Source: Candidatus Omnitrophota bacterium (GTDB lineage Bacteria > Omnitrophota > Gorgyraeia > 2-01-FULL-45-10). Taken from it: a stretch of 64,000 bases of DNA. Location: the NCBI GenBank assembly GCA_030695905.1, contig JAUYOL010000043.1, positions 128,998 through 192,997 of the forward strand, read 5' to 3'. The notes below the pieces were generated by a model. It saw nothing but the letters and a program-made list of their open reading frames with translations, was not told the origin of the DNA and ran no database searches. This document shows, piece after piece, positions 29,886 through 39,332 of this stretch (positions are counted from its first letter, which is position 1; each line of letters starts with the position of its first letter). The translations under genes and the position numbers were made by a program.

Positions 29886-30292
29886 CTCTTCCCCGTCAGT
29901 CTGCAGGCAGGCCTGCCTTTAAGAAGAATCACGTTGGCCACCGCATAGTTTTTAGAATGAGACATACTCACTACCACCTCATCCACCTTCTTCTTTTTCT
30001 TTAATTTCAGCGCGGAGTTATTGAAAGATATTATCGGTTTACCTTCCTGGTCATTGAATATCTCTATATCCGTCCAGTTAAGAGGGTACTTTCTCGCTAC
30101 GCCGAAAGCTTTAACCACAGCCTCTTTAGCCGCGAATCTTGCCGCGAAGTGCTGCGGCGCGAAACGCTTAGAACTGGAATACTTTATCTCTTTTTCCGTA
30201 AATACTTTTGTAAGAAAATTATCTCCCCACTTATTTATCGCGTCGCGCATCCTGAATACTTCTACTATGTCTATACCTGTCCCGACTATCAT
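29882..30292 (-). CDS. acpS: Holo-ACP synthase
   Basis: GTGIDIVE, AARFAAKEAVVKA, SMSHS. Confidence 0.95.
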   Translation of the reverse strand: MIVGTGIDIVEVFRMRDAINKWGDNFLTKVFTEKEIKYSSSKRFAPQHFAARFAAKEAVVKAFGVARKYPLNWTDIEIFNDQEGKPIISFNNSALKLKKKKKVDEVVVSMSHSKNYAVANVILLKGRPACRLTGKR

Positions 30293-31002
30293 TTTATCAG
30301 CTCCAACATGTCTTCCACCGCCTGTCTTAAACCAATCAATACGGCTCTCGCAACTATAGAATGCCCTATATTAAGCTCATTTATTCCTTCGATAGAAGCG
30401 ACTTCTCGGACATTATCATAATTCAACCCATGGCCCGCGTTAACTTCAATGTCAAGGGCTAAAGCATGCTCCGCCGCATTGGCTATCCTTTTAAGTTCCC
30501 CTTTAGCCGCGGCAGCGCTTTTGGCATTAGCGTATTCACCTGTATGAAGTTCTATTATCTTTGCCCCCGCTTTTTTGGAAGCCTCTATCTGTTTTTTCGA
30601 AGGATCTATAAAAAGACTTGTCTGAATGCCATTCTTTTCAAATCTTCTAATAACAGATGCTATCTTCTTCTCGTATTTTACCACGTCCAGGCCGCCTTCC
30701 GTAGTAAGCTCTTTTCGTTTTTCCGGAACAAGTGTGGCCTGGTCGGGTTTAACTGCGCAGGCAATATTAACTATTTCTTCAGCTATCGACATCTCAAGAT
30801 TAAGCCGCGTGATTACCGTGGCCCGCAACCTCTTAACATCAGCATCTTTTATATGCCGCCTGTCTTCACGCAGATGGCAGACTATCGAATCACAGCCCGC
30901 CTCTTCGCATATAGCGGCGGCTTCTACAGGATCGGGATAAAATATCCGCCTGGCCTCCCTTATCGTGGCGACATGATCTATATTAACGCCTAATTTTGCC
31001 AT
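30289..31002 (-). CDS. pdxJ: Pyridoxine 5'-phosphate synthase
   Basis: LGVNIDHVATIREAR, HLREDRRHI, TTEGG, AGHGL, ELNIGH. Confidence 0.97.
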   Translation of the reverse strand: MAKLGVNIDHVATIREARRIFYPDPVEAAAICEEAGCDSIVCHLREDRRHIKDADVKRLRATVITRLNLEMSIAEEIVNIACAVKPDQATLVPEKRKELTTEGGLDVVKYEKKIASVIRRFEKNGIQTSLFIDPSKKQIEASKKAGAKIIELHTGEYANAKSAAAAKGELKRIANAAEHALALDIEVNAGHGLNYDNVREVASIEGINELNIGHSIVARAVLIGLRQAVEDMLELIK

Positions 31003-31162
31003 TATTTAATTTTTCGGTCTTGGCCTGCAAGATCTTGCGCAGAGCCTGCAGCTCTTCTTGTGAACCCCTGTTCAATTCATTTACTATATAAAACCATATC
31101 AAAAGCGCCAAAATAAATGAAAGGATCTTCAGCGGTAAATTCTTAGTAAAAAAACTTTTCAT
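30983..31162 (-). CDS. 59-aa single-TM protein resembling the N-terminal anchor of CdaR/YbbR
   Basis: Manual translation MKSFFTKNLPLKILSLFLALLIWFYIVNELNRGSQEELQALRKILQAKTEKLNNGKIRR, directly downstream of cdaA; one residue below the ORF-track cutoff. Confidence 0.7.
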   Translation of the reverse strand: MKSFFTKNLPLKILSFILALLIWFYIVNELNRGSQEELQALRKILQAKTEKLNNGKIRR

Positions 31163-31188
31163 AAAACCGGACGCCCGATTCGCCTTCC

Positions 31189-31980
31189 TTATTTGATAGT
31201 AGGAGAAAGCTTAGACAATACGCTCAAAAGCTTCTTCCCTTTAAGCTGTTGTGGATTATGAAATACTTCTTTTAGTAACTTTACAAGATCATCTTCGGAG
31301 ATCTTATGTATGAGCTTCCCGCCCATACAGACCGATATAGCTCCGGTCTCTTCGCTGACTACAACGCATATGGCGTCGGTCTCCTCGCTTAAACCTATTG
31401 CCGCTCTATGCCGGGTACCAAAAGATTTCGATATATTAGTTTCCTGTGAAAGCGGTAATAGGCACCCTGCCGCGATTATCCTGCCGTGCTGTATTATGAC
31501 AGCGCCGTCGTGAAGCGGAGCTTTTGAGCTGAATATGGATATTATAAGCTCCTTCGTCACTTTTCCATCTATCGGCACGCCGCTTTCTATATAAGTCTTG
31601 AGGCCGCCTTCCCGCTCGATAGCTATAAGCGCGCCTGTACGATTTTGCGAAAGATATGAAGCGGCCCTCGAAATCTCATCGACAATACCTTCTTCCTCCT
31701 GGTATATCCCGAATTGGCCAAGCCTCGCGAGCCCCTGCCTCAATTCCGGCTGGAATATTATTATAAGCGCTATTACCGAAAGTGGAAAGAGGCTCATCAT
31801 GACCCACGATATAGCCTCGAGCCTTAACTGTCTTGCCGCGACGAAGATAGCTCCTATTATTACAAGCCCTTTGAGAAGTTGTTCTGTGCGGGTTCCCTTT
31901 ATAAAGAGGAGTATCATGTAGATAACATACCAAAGTATGATTATCTCTATGCCTATTTTTATATATGACCAAAGATACAT
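31189..31980 (-). CDS. cdaA: Diadenylate cyclase CdaA/DacA
   Basis: Three N-terminal TM helices, FQPELR, PLHDGA, GTRHRAA, VSEETG. Confidence 0.95.
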   Translation of the reverse strand: MYLWSYIKIGIEIIILWYVIYMILLFIKGTRTEQLLKGLVIIGAIFVAARQLRLEAISWVMMSLFPLSVIALIIIFQPELRQGLARLGQFGIYQEEEGIVDEISRAASYLSQNRTGALIAIEREGGLKTYIESGVPIDGKVTKELIISIFSSKAPLHDGAVIIQHGRIIAAGCLLPLSQETNISKSFGTRHRAAIGLSEETDAICVVVSEETGAISVCMGGKLIHKISEDDLVKLLKEVFHNPQQLKGKKLLSVLSKLSPTIK

Positions 31981-31993
31981 TGGCGGTATCTTT

Positions 31994-32818
31994 CTATTTT
32001 ACAATGCTATCCACGACGCGCACTGCCTGTGAAACCTCTTTAACATCATGGACTCTCAATATATCAGCGCCATTTGTTATCGCAACGGCGCAGCTTGCTA
32101 TAGTGCCGAACAATCTGTCGCCAGGGTCATCCGATCCCAATATCTTTCCGATAAAAGATTTGCGTGAAGTCCCTATGCATATCGGACAACCGAGAGATTT
32201 AAATTCACCCAAATGCCTTAAGATTTCTAAGTTATGAAATAAGGTCTTGCCAAATCCTATGCCGGGATCCACTACGATATTATCTTTTTTTACTCCGCAT
32301 GCGACGGCGATCTTTATTGACTCTTTTAAATGGGCGGATATTTCTTTGATGACATTCTCGTAGCGGGGCGATCTCTGCATCGTTTGGGGTGTGCCTTTCA
32401 TATGCATCAAGACTAAAGCGGCGCTATGGGCCGCCACAACATCTGCCATTGAAAGATCGTATCTTAGGGCGGAAATATCATTTACTATACTGGCGCCTGC
32501 CTTCAGGGCTTGGTCAGCGACATTTGCCTTACGGGTATCTATCGAGATAGGTTTTTTTATTCTGCCTGATAGAGCCTTTATTACAGGAATCACTCTATCT
32601 AATTCCTCATCAGCGCTTACCTCTTTTGCGCCGGGCCGTGTCGACTCCCCGCCTACATCTATTATATCTGCGCCACACGCCGCCATGTCTATTGCGTGGC
32701 TTACGGCTTTCTTCCTATCAAAGAATCTTCCCTTATCAAAAAAGGAGTCGGGCGTTACATTAAGAACGCCCATAATTAATGTCTTTGAGCCTATTTTAGG
32801 CAGTAACCGGCGAAGCAT
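31994..32818 (-). CDS. folP: Dihydropteroate synthase
   Basis: MGVLNVTPDSF, GGESTRPG, DPGIGFGK, GTSRKS, RVHDV. Confidence 0.97.
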   Translation of the reverse strand: MLRRLLPKIGSKTLIMGVLNVTPDSFFDKGRFFDRKKAVSHAIDMAACGADIIDVGGESTRPGAKEVSADEELDRVIPVIKALSGRIKKPISIDTRKANVADQALKAGASIVNDISALRYDLSMADVVAAHSAALVLMHMKGTPQTMQRSPRYENVIKEISAHLKESIKIAVACGVKKDNIVVDPGIGFGKTLFHNLEILRHLGEFKSLGCPICIGTSRKSFIGKILGSDDPGDRLFGTIASCAVAITNGADILRVHDVKEVSQAVRVVDSIVK

Positions 32819-34670
32819 CGTTACCTAATCCAAGCAACGCTTTCACTTGCTCAACATCCATTACTTCTTTATCGAGTAATTTCTCAGCTAAAATTTTCAG
32901 CTTATCTTTGTGCTTAGTAAGTTCTTCTTTGGCTTTGTTATAACAGTTATCGACTATATTGCGCACTTCCTGGTCAATAACCTGCGCGGTCTGGTCGCTA
33001 TAGTTCTGCTCTTCCACTATATCCCTGCCCAAAAATACCTGTTCTTCTCTGCGTCCAAATGTAAGATGGCCTAACTTATCGCTCATGCCGAATCGCATCA
33101 CCATCTTCCTCGCAAGCTCGGTCGCCTCTTTAAGGTCCTGGCTGGCGCCTGTAGTGATTTCATTAAACATTATCTCTTCAGCTACTCTTCCGCCCATCGA
33201 ACATATTATCTTTACGGTTAAATCTGTCTTGGAATAGTAATATTTATCTTCGACAGGTATCTGGATAGTATATCCGCCCGCCATTCCGCGCGGCAGTATA
33301 GTAACTTTATGCAGAGGGTCAGCGCCTTTGATAACGAGAGCGAGTATCGCGTGACCTGATTCATGATAGGCCGTCAACTCCTTATCCTTCTTGGACATTA
33401 CCTTGGACTTCTTCTCCGGGCCAGCGATAACTCTTTCCATCGATTCCTGCAGTTCTTTGAGCGTAACACTCTCCTTATCGTGCCTTGCCGCGAGAAGCGC
33501 CGCTTCATTCACGAGATTCGCGAGGTCTGCGCCCGAGAATCCCGGGGTCTGTCTCGCTATAATAGTCAAGTCTACGCTCTTATCCACTTTAACATTTTTA
33601 GTGTGCACTTTAAGTATCGCTTCGCGCCCTTTTATATCTGGCCTATCTACAACTATTTGTCTATCAAAACGCCCGGGCCTCAAAAGCGCGGGGTCAAGAA
33701 CATCGGGCCTGTTGGTCGCGGCAATCAATATTACGCCTTCCTGAGTGTTAAATCCATCCATCTCGGCTAAAAGAGCGTTTAAAGTCTGCTCTCTTTCATC
33801 ATGCCCGCCGCCGATACCGGCAAACCTTAATCTGCCTACAGCATCTATCTCGTCGATAAATATTATGGCTCCTCGACCCGACTGTTTTGCCGATTTCTTT
33901 GCCTGTTCAAACAAGTCCCTGACCCTTGAAGCGCCCACGCCTACGAACATTTCGACAAAGTCGGAACCTGATATCGAAAAGAATGGCACGTTTGCTTCGC
34001 CGGCTACCGCCTTGGCAAGAAGAGTCTTTCCCGTTCCCGGAGGCCCCATTAAAAGAACGCCTTTTGGTATCTTTCCGCCAAGTTTCTGGAATTTTTTAGG
34101 GTCTTTTAAAAACTCTATTACTTCTTTTAATTCTTCCTTGGCCTCATCGACGCCCGCGACATTCTCAAATGTTATTTTAAGACTGTCCCCGGACGCGAGA
34201 ATAGCGCGCGATTTGCCGAACGACCATATCCTGCCGGCACCGCCGCCCCCGCCAGGGCCCGCGCGATATGCAAAGAGCCACAGGAACAATATCAATAATA
34301 CTGTCGGGCCAAGATAATAAAAAATATTCGACCAAAAAGTCTTTAACGGCTTAATGTCGAAGTCCTTGACATTGTCGCGTAATAGCTGCAATAGCTGCTG
34401 ATCGTTCTCGGGTATGTTTACAATAAACCCCTGGCCGGCCTTTAGTTCTCCCCTCAAAATACTATCCGTCTTATAACATGACGCTATAGCCTGGGGATTC
34501 TCTTTTACCATTGCGTAGAACTTTGAATACGTGATCTCCTGTACAGGCTTTGCCCCGCCCTGAAACCACGGATGAAATAGCGTAAATAATCCAATTGCTA
34601 TCAAAAACCATATTATAAGATTCGAACCGCTTTTCTGTGGAACCTGTTTCTTTAAACTTTTCTTTTCCAT
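32796..34670 (-). CDS. ftsH: ATP-dependent zinc metalloprotease FtsH
   Basis: Two TMs, [22 protein letters not shown]. Confidence 0.98.
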   Translation of the reverse strand: MEKKSLKKQVPQKSGSNLIIWFLIAIGLFTLFHPWFQGGAKPVQEITYSKFYAMVKENPQAIASCYKTDSILRGELKAGQGFIVNIPENDQQLLQLLRDNVKDFDIKPLKTFWSNIFYYLGPTVLLILFLWLFAYRAGPGGGGGAGRIWSFGKSRAILASGDSLKITFENVAGVDEAKEELKEVIEFLKDPKKFQKLGGKIPKGVLLMGPPGTGKTLLAKAVAGEANVPFFSISGSDFVEMFVGVGASRVRDLFEQAKKSAKQSGRGAIIFIDEIDAVGRLRFAGIGGGHDEREQTLNALLAEMDGFNTQEGVILIAATNRPDVLDPALLRPGRFDRQIVVDRPDIKGREAILKVHTKNVKVDKSVDLTIIARQTPGFSGADLANLVNEAALLAARHDKESVTLKELQESMERVIAGPEKKSKVMSKKDKELTAYHESGHAILALVIKGADPLHKVTILPRGMAGGYTIQIPVEDKYYYSKTDLTVKIICSMGGRVAEEIMFNEITTGASQDLKEATELARKMVMRFGMSDKLGHLTFGRREEQVFLGRDIVEEQNYSDQTAQVIDQEVRNIVDNCYNKAKEELTKHKDKLKILAEKLLDKEVMDVEQVKALLGLGNDASPVTA

Positions 34671-34728
34671 TTAGATTACTCCATTTTGGTGGCTATTGTA
34701 ACAGATCGTAATGAATATATCAAGAAGA

Positions 34729-34742
34729 ACACCGCGGCGGTG
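34729..34742. repeat. ACACCGCGGCGGTG quasi-palindromic repeat (copy 1)
   Basis: Identical 14-mer at 58376-58389; reverse-complement core at 58343-58355. Confidence 0.55.
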
Positions 34743-34745
34743 AAA

Positions 34746-35747
34746 TTAAGCTCTCTTCATAAAAACCAAAGACGTTGCAGTTCTTGTTATGCGTATGTCT
34801 CCGGGTAGATCCAGGGCCTTACCCTTGCCCCTATAAGCTATCAACTGTTCCAGCTCCTTCCAGTGCCTGAATGAGAGCCTCTTCACTTCCCCTCCGCTTT
34901 TTTCGAGTGAATCTCTCAATATCTCTTTCTGAAGCGCTTTTGGCTGAACAACTATATCCTTAAGCTTTATCTCAACGCTGCCGCCTTTACCCTTTGCGCC
35001 TTGGACTCTGGCACTGCCCTTTGCCTCATTTATGAACTCAAAGTCTTCTCTTAAATGTTCTGCGAGACTACACAGAGCTCTTTTTAACCGCGGATTATGC
35101 TTTTCAAGATATGGCACGATCTCGCTACGGACAACGTTTCTGAAATATATAGATTCCAGATTAGAGCTGTCCACTCTGTAAGCAATGCCTCTTTCATCAA
35201 GGTACTTCTCTATCTCTTTCTTCTCTAATTCAAAAAGCGGCCTGACTATGTTTAAGTCGCCTTCCTGCCTGACCGGAGAAATACCGACAAGACCTTTTAA
35301 AGAAGCGCCCTTAATTATACGCATTAATACAGTCTCGGCCTGATCATCCAGCGTATGGCCTGTAGCAATGACATTCGCCTTTACAGCCTTTGCGGCGTCA
35401 TTAAAAAATTTATACCGCTCTTCACGCGCCGCTTCTTCGGTGGAAATGTTTTTAGATTTTTTTTCGGGCAAATTAATCATTTTGTGGATAAATTCCAGAT
35501 CGGAGTCTTCCGCTAATTTTTTCACAAATAATGAATCTTCACTCGATTCCTTGCCGCGAATACCATGATCGAGATTGCAGACCACAAGCTTCTTTAGTTT
35601 TAATTTTGATTGCAGAAATTTAAGCGCAAGCATTAAAAATACAGAATCAGGCCCGCCGGATACCGCGACAAGCACCGTATCGCCCGGTTTAAACATATCG
35701 TAGTTACGCGTGGTCTTTAAAACACGCTCTATCAGATTATTCTTCAA
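34746..35747 (-). CDS. tilS: tRNA(Ile)-lysidine synthetase
   Basis: VAVSGGPDS, EEAAREERY, TGHTLDDQAET, RPL; TTG start. Confidence 0.95.
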   Translation of the reverse strand: MKNNLIERVLKTTRNYDMFKPGDTVLVAVSGGPDSVFLMLALKFLQSKLKLKKLVVCNLDHGIRGKESSEDSLFVKKLAEDSDLEFIHKMINLPEKKSKNISTEEAAREERYKFFNDAAKAVKANVIATGHTLDDQAETVLMRIIKGASLKGLVGISPVRQEGDLNIVRPLFELEKKEIEKYLDERGIAYRVDSSNLESIYFRNVVRSEIVPYLEKHNPRLKRALCSLAEHLREDFEFINEAKGSARVQGAKGKGGSVEIKLKDIVVQPKALQKEILRDSLEKSGGEVKRLSFRHWKELEQLIAYRGKGKALDLPGDIRITRTATSLVFMKRA

Positions 35748-35761
35748 TTGTAGGTTTTTGT

Positions 35762-35838
35762 TGGTAGCGGGAGTAGGATTTGAACCTACGACACGCCGGG
35801 TATGAGCCGACTGCTCTGCCAGACTGAGCTATCCCGCC
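35762..35838 (-). tRNA. tRNA-Met(CAT), elongator type
   Basis: GGCGGGA/TCCCGCT acceptor (G1-U72), loop CTCATAC, no three-GC initiator stem, encoded CCA. Confidence 0.9.
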
Positions 35839-35860
35839 AAATGATGAAAGACGCTATATA

Positions 35861-36679
35861 TTATACTTCTACCAGGTTTTTGTCAATACTTTGGGCCTCA
35901 TGCATACTGCCTGTCCTGTATCCGCCGAGATCCAAAGTCACATACACAAAACCAATATCTTTTAACTTCTTTACAATATCTTCTTTTAATTTCAATCCCA
36001 GACTCATCCGGTCTTGAGGGATTTCTATGCGCGCCATTGAGCCATGCATGCGCACTCTCACCTGCCCAAAACCTATCCTGCGCAAAAAATCCTCGGCCTC
36101 GCCTATCCTCAAAAGCCCGTCTTTGGTTATAGGATCGTTAAAAGGAAACCGCGACGCAAGGCATGCTCCGGACGGTTTATTCCATGTTGGAAGTCCCAAC
36201 TTTTTTGAGAACACCGATATATTGCGCTTTGTTATGCCGGCCTCAAGCATGGGTCTCTTTACATCTAACTCTTTTGCCGCCAAACTACCATATCGAATGT
36301 CTTTAAGGTCGTCGAAATTCGTTCCGTCTATGACATGATCCATCTTATACTTATTGCGGATCTTCGTTAACTTATTGAATAATTCTTTTTTGCAATAGTA
36401 GCACCTATTGACCGGATTCGCCCGGAATTTATTTGACCGCAGTTCATTTGTACGGATAACGATATGCCGCGCGCCTATAGATTTTGCGACTGTAACAGCG
36501 TCTCTATACTCAGATAAAGTATAGGTCTCGGACCGGGCGGTAACAGCGATGACATTATCCTTGCCTAAAGCGTCTATCGCGGCTTTAAGCAAAAAAGTAC
36601 TGTCTCTACCGCCGGAATAGGCGACAACTACCCGCCTAAGATCTCTTAAGATATTTTTTAGCTTGTCTATCTTCTTCAC
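35861..36679 (-). CDS. larE: ATP-dependent sulfur insertase LarE family
   Basis: PP-loop AYSGGRDS, RCYYCK, DGTNFDD, PSGACLASR, GYRTGSM; start moved to GTG at 36679. Confidence 0.88.
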   Translation of the reverse strand: MKKIDKLKNILRDLRRVVVAYSGGRDSTFLLKAAIDALGKDNVIAVTARSETYTLSEYRDAVTVAKSIGARHIVIRTNELRSNKFRANPVNRCYYCKKELFNKLTKIRNKYKMDHVIDGTNFDDLKDIRYGSLAAKELDVKRPMLEAGITKRNISVFSKKLGLPTWNKPSGACLASRFPFNDPITKDGLLRIGEAEDFLRRIGFGQVRVRMHGSMARIEIPQDRMSLGLKLKEDIVKKLKDIGFVYVTLDLGGYRTGSMHEAQSIDKNLVEV

Positions 36680-36684
36680 TAAGT

Positions 36685-37302
36685 CTATTTCTTTGCTTCT
36701 TTTAAATCCAACACTATCCAGACTATGCTTATCACTGAGATTATCAGATAAGCATACATGGTCTGCCACAGCCCCTGCTCTATCGATATCTGGATGGGTA
36801 GACTGGAAAGATCTACAGTCATCATATTATATAATCCGCCAACCGCTATGCCGCCGCTTGATACCGCCATGCCTATAACGGCTATCTTATTTTTAAGGCC
36901 GACTATAGCTAAGCCGATACACACAAGCGCCAATAACGGCAGTAAATATACAAGCATGCTCTTCTTGTCCAGATCTTTCGCGTCCTTAAACATGACCGAT
37001 GCTATAGCGATAGCTATCTGGGAACTCTTCTTGTTTATAAGAGTCGGTATGTCATAACCGCTTACGACTGTTTTTATCCTGATATCGCCTAAATCCGATA
37101 TTTTATCCGTAGCTTTGTCGAGGCCTCTAATAAATTTTCCGGCAAAAGGGGTATTTTCAAGCATACCTCCTGTGGCTGATTCCGTCAGGCCCTTGGCGAC
37201 TTTGGTAGCCGACACACTTGCCTTAGCCCACGGCATAAAAAAACCGTGTATAATAGCTATCGCGCATATGACTATTAATGACAACAAAACCACTTTCCTC
37301 AT
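36685..37302 (-). CDS. Hypothetical membrane protein
   Basis: N-terminal hydrophobic segment ending FFMPW plus three C-terminal TM segments; SD GGAGG upstream. Confidence 0.75.
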   Translation of the reverse strand: MRKVVLLSLIVICAIAIIHGFFMPWAKASVSATKVAKGLTESATGGMLENTPFAGKFIRGLDKATDKISDLGDIRIKTVVSGYDIPTLINKKSSQIAIAIASVMFKDAKDLDKKSMLVYLLPLLALVCIGLAIVGLKNKIAVIGMAVSSGGIAVGGLYNMMTVDLSSLPIQISIEQGLWQTMYAYLIISVISIVWIVLDLKEAKK

Positions 37303-37321
37303 ACGCCCTCCCTGCCCGCCG

Positions 37322-37957
37322 TTAAGCAGGCTTTTTTTGTTTCAATCCGTCCACATACCTTTTTACCGCTGCGCCTATGCTGGCGAAGTCCTTCTTCGCA
37401 AGCCACTCTTTCTTAAACACACCGGCACCGAAGGCTATAGCCGCGGCGCCATTGGCGAAATAATCATTCATATTTTCGGGCGTCACACCTCCGCAAGCAA
37501 GTAATTCGATCTCATTAAACGGCCCTTTTATCTCTTTAAAATACTTCGCGCCGAAACAGCTCGACGGAAACACCTTGACCATTGTTGCCCCGGCATCCCA
37601 TGCGTTATATATTTCCGAAGGTGCTAGGGCTCCCGGGAAAACCGGTATTTTATTTCTTACGCAATATTTCACAACATCCTCCACCATGACCGGCGTTACT
37701 ATGAATGTGGCGCCCGCGTCCAATGCTGATTTTAACGAATCTTTTTTTAATACCGTACCTGCTCCTACGGCAATCCGGCCTTTCGCGCATCGAGCCATTT
37801 TAGCTATAAGGGCCGCGGCGCCATTGGTATTCATCGTTATCTCTATCGCGCCCAAGCCCGCGAAAATAACCGTTTCGGTCAGCTCCTCGATAACATCGGG
37901 TTCGATTCCGCGCAATATGCCTATAACGGGTTTTTTCTTAAACCTGGCTATGTCCAT
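37322..37957 (-). CDS. eda: KDPG/KHG aldolase family protein
   Basis: IEIT, GAGTV, FIVTP, VKVFP, CGGV. Confidence 0.88.
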   Translation of the reverse strand: MDIARFKKKPVIGILRGIEPDVIEELTETVIFAGLGAIEITMNTNGAAALIAKMARCAKGRIAVGAGTVLKKDSLKSALDAGATFIVTPVMVEDVVKYCVRNKIPVFPGALAPSEIYNAWDAGATMVKVFPSSCFGAKYFKEIKGPFNEIELLACGGVTPENMNDYFANGAAAIAFGAGVFKKEWLAKKDFASIGAAVKRYVDGLKQKKPA

Positions 37958-38907
37958 TAATCCGATTCTTCTCCCATAAAACTATCATAAAATTCTCTGT
38001 AATTTTCTTTTTTGGCGCTCTCCCTTAAAGCTATGGCCGTCTTAGGATGCTCGTCTAATATGCCCGTTATGGCGTATGGTATAACATAGCCCCATTCCAG
38101 CTTTTCTCTCAAAGGAATGAACTCTTTTGATATAACATCCAGTATGGGCCTGATATCGTATTTAGGATTCTTCAAGAAACCCAACAATAATTCCGTCGGG
38201 CAATTGCCAGCTGCCCTCCCCAAGCCGTATATGCTTCCATCGACATAGTTAGCGTCATGAATTATCGCTTCTATGGTATTGCCGAAAGCGAGCTGCTGAT
38301 TATTATGCGCGTGCATACCTATCTCTTTGGTCTTAAGTATGCTCTTAAACTTCTTTACCAAAAATTCTACCGACTCCTGATAAAGCGCGCCGTTGGAATC
38401 TACGACATAAATTATCGGCGCCTTACACTCTTCCTCAAGCTGATGAAGAGCTTCGATTAGCTCATTATCAAGAGCGCGCGAGATTGCCATTATGTTCACG
38501 GTAGTCTCATACCCCTTATCCGCGAAATGGTTTACCAGGTATATCGCCTTGTCGATGTCTTTAACATACGAAGCGACGCGCACCATAGATATTACGGAAT
38601 CTTTCTTCTGCGGGACATCGTCAAGGTCTACACGGTCAACGTCAACCATTATGGAAAGCTTTGTCTTTGACGGGATCCCTTCAATGGCCTTCTTTATATC
38701 ATCCTCGTCGCAGAACTTCCATTTGCCGTAATCCTTTGGCGAGAATAATCTTCTGGAGTTCTTATACCCTATCTCCATATAATCTATCCCGGCCTCGGAT
38801 ATGGCTTTGTACACTTCCCTTACAAACCTGGGCTCAAAATTATGGTTATTCATGAGCCCGCCGTCTCTTATTGTGCAATCCAGTACCTTTATCTTTTCTC
38901 TAAACAT
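37957..38907 (-). CDS. DRE-TIM/HMGL-like aldolase (4-hydroxy-2-oxovalerate aldolase-like catalytic domain)
   Basis: LDCTIRDGG, HAHNNQQLA, GLGRAAGNCPTE. Confidence 0.8.
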   Translation of the reverse strand: MFREKIKVLDCTIRDGGLMNNHNFEPRFVREVYKAISEAGIDYMEIGYKNSRRLFSPKDYGKWKFCDEDDIKKAIEGIPSKTKLSIMVDVDRVDLDDVPQKKDSVISMVRVASYVKDIDKAIYLVNHFADKGYETTVNIMAISRALDNELIEALHQLEEECKAPIIYVVDSNGALYQESVEFLVKKFKSILKTKEIGMHAHNNQQLAFGNTIEAIIHDANYVDGSIYGLGRAAGNCPTELLLGFLKNPKYDIRPILDVISKEFIPLREKLEWGYVIPYAITGILDEHPKTAIALRESAKKENYREFYDSFMGEESD

Positions 38908-39307
38908 CTCTAATCTCCACCTTCCTGCGTAATTCTTTCTTTTCAGAATGAATTTTCTTGTTATGAAGCATCTTATCCTTCGCCCTTTTGGACCTCTTCC
39001 TTTTCTGCCTTCTTATCTTCTCTATCCTCTTTCTCTCTTCCGACTCACGGCCCAAAACGGCCGATTCTATCTTTCCGACGAGGACCTTCCTTGCCATATA
39101 TCTATTTAACGGCTGTGAACGTTCGCTGAATGCTTTTACCTCAATGCCGGTAGGAATATGCTTTAAATATACGCCTGTCGAGGTCTTATTTACATTCTGC
39201 CCGCCGGGTCCGCGTGAACGTATAAAGTGTTCTTCGAGGTCGCTTTCCCATATAGAGAAACGCCGCATCTTATCCGCAAGTGCTTTTGCCTTCTTTTCTG
39301 ATATCAT
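38900..39307 (-). CDS. Codon-independent peptidyl-tRNA hydrolase (RF-1 GGQ domain, ArfB-like)
   Basis: SRGPGGQNVNK, HIPTGI, ERSQPLN and long basic C-terminal tail. Confidence 0.85.
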   Translation of the reverse strand: MISEKKAKALADKMRRFSIWESDLEEHFIRSRGPGGQNVNKTSTGVYLKHIPTGIEVKAFSERSQPLNRYMARKVLVGKIESAVLGRESEERKRIEKIRRQKRKRSKRAKDKMLHNKKIHSEKKELRRKVEIRDV

Positions 39308-39332
39308 ACTGCACTACCAACTTTTAGCCGGC

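Noticed and set aside
35762-35838. tRNA-Ile2 (TilS substrate) call for the CAT tRNA
   Set aside because: G1-U72, G4/G5 and loop CUCAUAC match elongator tRNA-Met rather than Ile2.
36680-36769. Longer starts given by the ORF track for larE (also cbiQ, cbiA, cobD, panB, folD, fchA)
   Set aside because: Extensions overlap upstream genes; downstream starts fit coupling, SD and family N-termini.
38900-39307. ArfB-like factor as a novel system
   Set aside because: Known widespread family; no evidence linking it specifically to the nnrD/tRNA overlap.
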